The notes under the pieces are model-generated. The model saw only the letters and a program-made list of their open reading frames with translations. It searched no databases and had not been told where the DNA came from. A DNA stretch of 43,997 bases from an uncultured bacterium (GTDB lineage Bacteria > Patescibacteriota > Minisyncoccia > Phycocordibacterales > Phycocordibacteraceae). Of the stretch, positions 40,978 to 43,997 are shown piece after piece (position 1 is the first letter of the stretch; each line of letters starts with the position of its first letter). The DNA is taken from the NCBI GenBank assembly GCA_943914435.1, contig CALUBY010000002.1, positions 1-43,997 of the forward strand, written 5' to 3'. The translations under genes were made by a program, and so were the position numbers.

Positions 40978-43380
40978 ATGGCAAAAAGACTTCTCATTGT
41001 TGAGTCCCCCGCAAAGGCTCGCACCATCCAGCAGTACCTCGGTTCTGACTACGAGGTGCTTGCTTCGGTTGGTCACGTGCGCGACCTCCCAAAAACCAAT
41101 AAAGACGCGGTTGATATTGAAGGCGACTTCAAGCCTCGCTACGTGCAATCCCCTGACAAACGGGATGTTATCGAGAAGATAAAGAAGGCAGCCGCACGAG
41201 CAGACGAGGTATTCCTTGCGACGGACCCCGACCGTGAAGGTGAGGCTATTGCCTGGCACGTAAAGGAGGCCGTTGGTCTCAAGTCTCCAAAGCGCGTGGT
41301 GTTCCATGAAATTACCAAGGCAGCGGTTGAGGAAGCGATTAGCCACCCACGCGCTATTGACGAGAACCTGCGTCAGGCCCAGGAGGCCCGACGCGTTCTT
41401 GACCGTCTCGTGGGCTATGATCTCTCAGGTCTTATTTGGAAAAAGGTTCGCTACGGACTATCTGCCGGACGAGTACAGTCACCGGCCCTTCGTATTCTTG
41501 CGGAGCGTGAGCGTGATATCAAAGCGTTTATTCCAGAAACGTATTACACGCTCGACGCCATTTTTAAAGCAGAGAGCAAACAAGCAAAAGCGGAGTTCCC
41601 GGCAAGCTGTGTAGAAGAACCCACAACCGCAGCGGAGGCTGAGCGCATTGTTACCGTTGGCCGTGCCTCAACGTGGGTAGTTGCGGAACTTAAGGAGCGT
41701 GCGGAGGAGCGACAGCCAAAGCCCCCATTCACCACCTCTACCCTTCAGCAGGCAGGATCAACTCGTCTTGGGTTTTCACCGTCTCGCACCATGCGGGCAG
41801 CTCAGAAGCTCTACGAGGCAGGCCACATTACCTATATGCGAACCGACTCTGTACACCTCTCCACAGAAGCAACCGCAGCACTCGCAAAGGCTGCTGAGAA
41901 AGAGTTTGGGAAAGACTATGTGGAGGTGCGTACTTATAAAACAAAGAGCAAGAACGCACAGGAGGCACATGAAGCGGTGCGCCCAACGGACCCAAACAAG
42001 GCAGTCGCAGGTGCCACCAGCGACGAGCAGCACCTCTATGCACTTATCCGCAATCGAGCGGTCGCAAGTCAGATGGCTGCGGCAAAAATGCTACGCACCA
42101 GCGTAAAGGCAAAAGCCCTAAACAAGGATAAGACTGACGCAGACATTCCTCTATTTAGTGGAAACGGCTCACGTGTCACGTTCCCGGGATGGCTTGCCTG
42201 CGACACAAAAGCGAGAGGTGAAGATGTTGAGCTTCCAAAGCTCGCAGAAGGCGAACCGCTCGACCTTGTCACCCTTGGCTCGCTTGAAAAGCAGACCGAG
42301 CCACCGAACCGTTACACCGAGGCAGGTCTCATTAAGGAACTTGAGAAGCGCGGTATAGGGCGCCCATCAACGTATGCCTCTATCATGAAGACGATTCAGG
42401 ATCGCGGATATGTCGAAAAGACCGGACGCACCCTCACCCCAACCGCAACCGGTATGGTGGTGTCGGGATGGCTCGAAGAGCATTTTGCGGAGTACATCAG
42501 TGACTCCTTCACCGCGGAAATGGAAGACGAACTTGATGAAATATCACGCGGCGAGCGTGGATATGTCGCAACACTAAAGGAGTTCTATGGTCCATTCAAA
42601 AAAGCGGTGGACGCAAAAGAAGACCTGCCAAAAGCCACCTCTCTTGGCCCTGTTCCGTCCGAATTCCCGTGCCCTCTCTGTGGGGCGGCCATGGAATTTA
42701 AGCTTGGGCGAGGAGGTGTGTTCATGAGCTGCACTAAGTACCCTGAGTGCGAAGGTGCTCGACAGGAAGACGGGAGTGAACTCAAAAGCGATGAGCCTCT
42801 TGGAAATGACCCTGAGACCGGTACTCCTATCTTTGTGAAGACCGGACGCTTTGGTCCATACGTAGAAATGGAGATTCCTACAGAAGCTCCTGTGCAAGAG
42901 TTCACAAAAACAGGCAAGCCAAAGAAAATGAAAGAGCCAAAGAAGGCCTTCAAGCGAGCAAGCGTTCCAGCGGGCGTTGATCTTACTGCTCTAACTCTAA
43001 AGGACGCACTGCACTATTTGTCTCTCCCGCGTACGCTTGGCATGCACCCAACAAGCGGAAAGCCTGTTATCGCAAACATTGGCCGCTTTGGTCCGTATGT
43101 TGGACACGACGGCGAGTTCCGTTCTCTTAAGGGCGCTGATGATCCCTATACTGTAACGCTCGACCGTGCCGTTTCAGTGCTTGCTGAACCAAAGCGTCCA
43201 CCAAAGGGAGTCGATATTGTGCGCGAGATTGGAAAGCACCCAAAGACAGGCAAAACAATCACGCTCTACAAATCAAAAGCAGGCTTCTTCCTTAAAAAAG
43301 GCCTCCGTCGCATCTACCTTCCCGAGAGCGAGAAAGCAGATGAGCTTACGCCCCAAGAAGCAGCAAGCTATCTAACATAG
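40978..43380 (+). CDS. topA: DNA topoisomerase I
   Basis: Starts MAKRLLIVESPAKARTIQQYLG (TOPRIM), then DPDREGEAIAWH, active-site ITYMRTDS and a C-terminal zinc ribbon (CPLCGAAMEF...CTKYPEC). The 28 upstream codons of the track ORF overlap dprA and were dropped. Confidence 0.95.
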   Translation: MAKRLLIVESPAKARTIQQYLGSDYEVLASVGHVRDLPKTNKDAVDIEGDFKPRYVQSPDKRDVIEKIKKAAARADEVFLATDPDREGEAIAWHVKEAVGLKSPKRVVFHEITKAAVEEAISHPRAIDENLRQAQEARRVLDRLVGYDLSGLIWKKVRYGLSAGRVQSPALRILAERERDIKAFIPETYYTLDAIFKAESKQAKAEFPASCVEEPTTAAEAERIVTVGRASTWVVAELKERAEERQPKPPFTTSTLQQAGSTRLGFSPSRTMRAAQKLYEAGHITYMRTDSVHLSTEATAALAKAAEKEFGKDYVEVRTYKTKSKNAQEAHEAVRPTDPNKAVAGATSDEQHLYALIRNRAVASQMAAAKMLRTSVKAKALNKDKTDADIPLFSGNGSRVTFPGWLACDTKARGEDVELPKLAEGEPLDLVTLGSLEKQTEPPNRYTEAGLIKELEKRGIGRPSTYASIMKTIQDRGYVEKTGRTLTPTATGMVVSGWLEEHFAEYISDSFTAEMEDELDEISRGERGYVATLKEFYGPFKKAVDAKEDLPKATSLGPVPSEFPCPLCGAAMEFKLGRGGVFMSCTKYPECEGARQEDGSELKSDEPLGNDPETGTPIFVKTGRFGPYVEMEIPTEAPVQEFTKTGKPKKMKEPKKAFKRASVPAGVDLTALTLKDALHYLSLPRTLGMHPTSGKPVIANIGRFGPYVGHDGEFRSLKGADDPYTVTLDRAVSVLAEPKRPPKGVDIVREIGKHPKTGKTITLYKSKAGFFLKKGLRRIYLPESEKADELTPQEAASYLT

Positions 43381-43393
43381 ACCGAACGCTAAA

Positions 43394-43415
43394 GGACCCG
43401 CACGAATGCGGGTCC
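43394..43415. terminator. Bidirectional terminator hairpin
   Basis: GGACCCGCA-CGAA-TGCGGGTCC. It is followed by TTCTC on the plus strand and TTTAGC on the minus strand. Confidence 0.7.
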
Positions 43416-43422
43416 TTCTCGG

Positions 43423-43599
43423 TTAGTCGGTGGGTGGACTTGGTCGTTTCAAGGGCTTGGGTTCCTCGGTAACCCGGAACCGAGGGCGCCGTACTGCGCC
43501 CAGAATGCCAGATTCAGCATCTGACTGAGGGTCCCTCGACACTTCATCTTCCCCGTGTGAATCATCACAACCCGGACACCCTCGACGTGAAAACATCAT
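43423..43599 (-). CDS. Candidate 58-aa ORF (MMFSRRGCPGCDDSHGEDEV...KRPSPPTD)
   Basis: It is below the ORF-track cutoff, GC-rich, and ends 7 nt before the shared hairpin. The SD is weak (GAAAGAG). Confidence 0.2.
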   Translation of the reverse strand: MMFSRRGCPGCDDSHGEDEVSRDPQSDAESGILGAVRRPRFRVTEEPKPLKRPSPPTD

Positions 43600-43653
43600 A
43601 ATAAAGAACTCTTTCTGTTTGCGTGAATCCCGCTACACAGTATCCTTATCACC

Positions 43654-43997
43654 ATGACTACCGTCAAGGAAATTCTTGCGCAGATGAGTTCCGTTACTCC
43701 CGAGGAGCAGGCGCTCATTGAGAAAGCCTATGAGTTTGGGAAAGAGGCTCACAAAGACCACAAGCGCTATTCCGGCGAACCCTATTTCATACACCCTTCT
43801 GCGGTTGCAAAGCAGCTTGCTGAGTTTGGTATGGACGCCGCCACCGTTGCCGCAGCCCTCGTGCACGACACTATCGAAGACGCCGATATTTCTCCTGAGG
43901 TTATGAGCCAAGAGCTCGGGCCCGAAGTGCTCTTTCTTGTGGAAGGAGTAACGAAGCTTGGGAAGCACAAATACCAAGGAGGAGAGCGCCACGCAGA
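43654..43997 (+). CDS. RelA/SpoT-family (p)ppGpp synthetase/hydrolase, N-terminal HD domain (partial, runs off the window)
   Basis: My own translation from ATG 43654 gives MTTVKEILAQ...HKDHKRYSGEPYFIHPSAVAKQLAEFGMDAATVAAALVHDTIEDA. It is absent from the track because no stop is reached. Confidence 0.85.
   Translation, partial: MTTVKEILAQMSSVTPEEQALIEKAYEFGKEAHKDHKRYSGEPYFIHPSAVAKQLAEFGMDAATVAAALVHDTIEDADISPEVMSQELGPEVLFLVEGVTKLGKHKYQGGERHA

Noticed and set aside
43633-43992. 119-aa minus-strand ORF at the window end
   Set aside because: It is antisense to a clearly recognisable RelA/SpoT HD-domain reading frame that begins at 43654.
1-43997. Alternative genetic code (UGA recoding, as in some CPR lineages)
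   Set aside because: Conserved proteins (UvrA, UvrB, TopA, SerS, Tgt) have normal lengths under the standard code, and the stop codons checked are ordinary (ddl ends in TAA, the 111-aa ORF in TAG). No in-frame stops interrupt recognisable domains.

Overview
The window reads as a chromosomal segment of a small-genome, CPR/Patescibacteria-like bacterium. This placement is inferred from domain-minimised housekeeping proteins and many small membrane-anchored orphan proteins. GC is about 50% and the standard genetic code fits. From 368 to 31270 almost every gene is on the minus strand: ddl, a co-linear uvrC / orphan / uvrA / receiver / histidine kinase / uvrB / tgt run, and a tight four-gene operon. 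That operon encodes a soluble TraD/VirD4-like ATPase, a 799-aa membrane protein with a long disordered tail, a small acidic protein and an anchored FKBP. It is followed by a lone purC-like gene, a holin-like protein, an ECF sigma/anti-sigma operon and assorted accessory enzymes. The right third carries tRNA-Gln, dnaX, a pilin, dus, ftsQ-like, serS, dprA, topA and the start of a RelA/SpoT gene that the ORF track misses because it runs off the window. No rRNA, CRISPR array, transposase or integrase is visible. Five things stand out. (1) The T4CP-like ATPase operon (11730-17714). (2) A plus-strand islet abutting the 3' end of tRNA-Gln (31271-33949). It opens with a roughly 183-nt RNA whose three helices (13, 9 and 9 bp) nest into a tight three-way junction ahead of a terminator. 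(3) A GC-rich, opposite-strand lipoprotein cassette with a perfect sigma70 consensus promoter (10886-11707). (4) A tRNA-Ala locus with three copies of the tRNA 3' segment, two of which form a G3:U70 minihelix with a tmRNA-like 5' end. (5) Several short repeats flanking the foreign-looking cassettes. All functional calls come from motif recognition by eye, and no searches were run.
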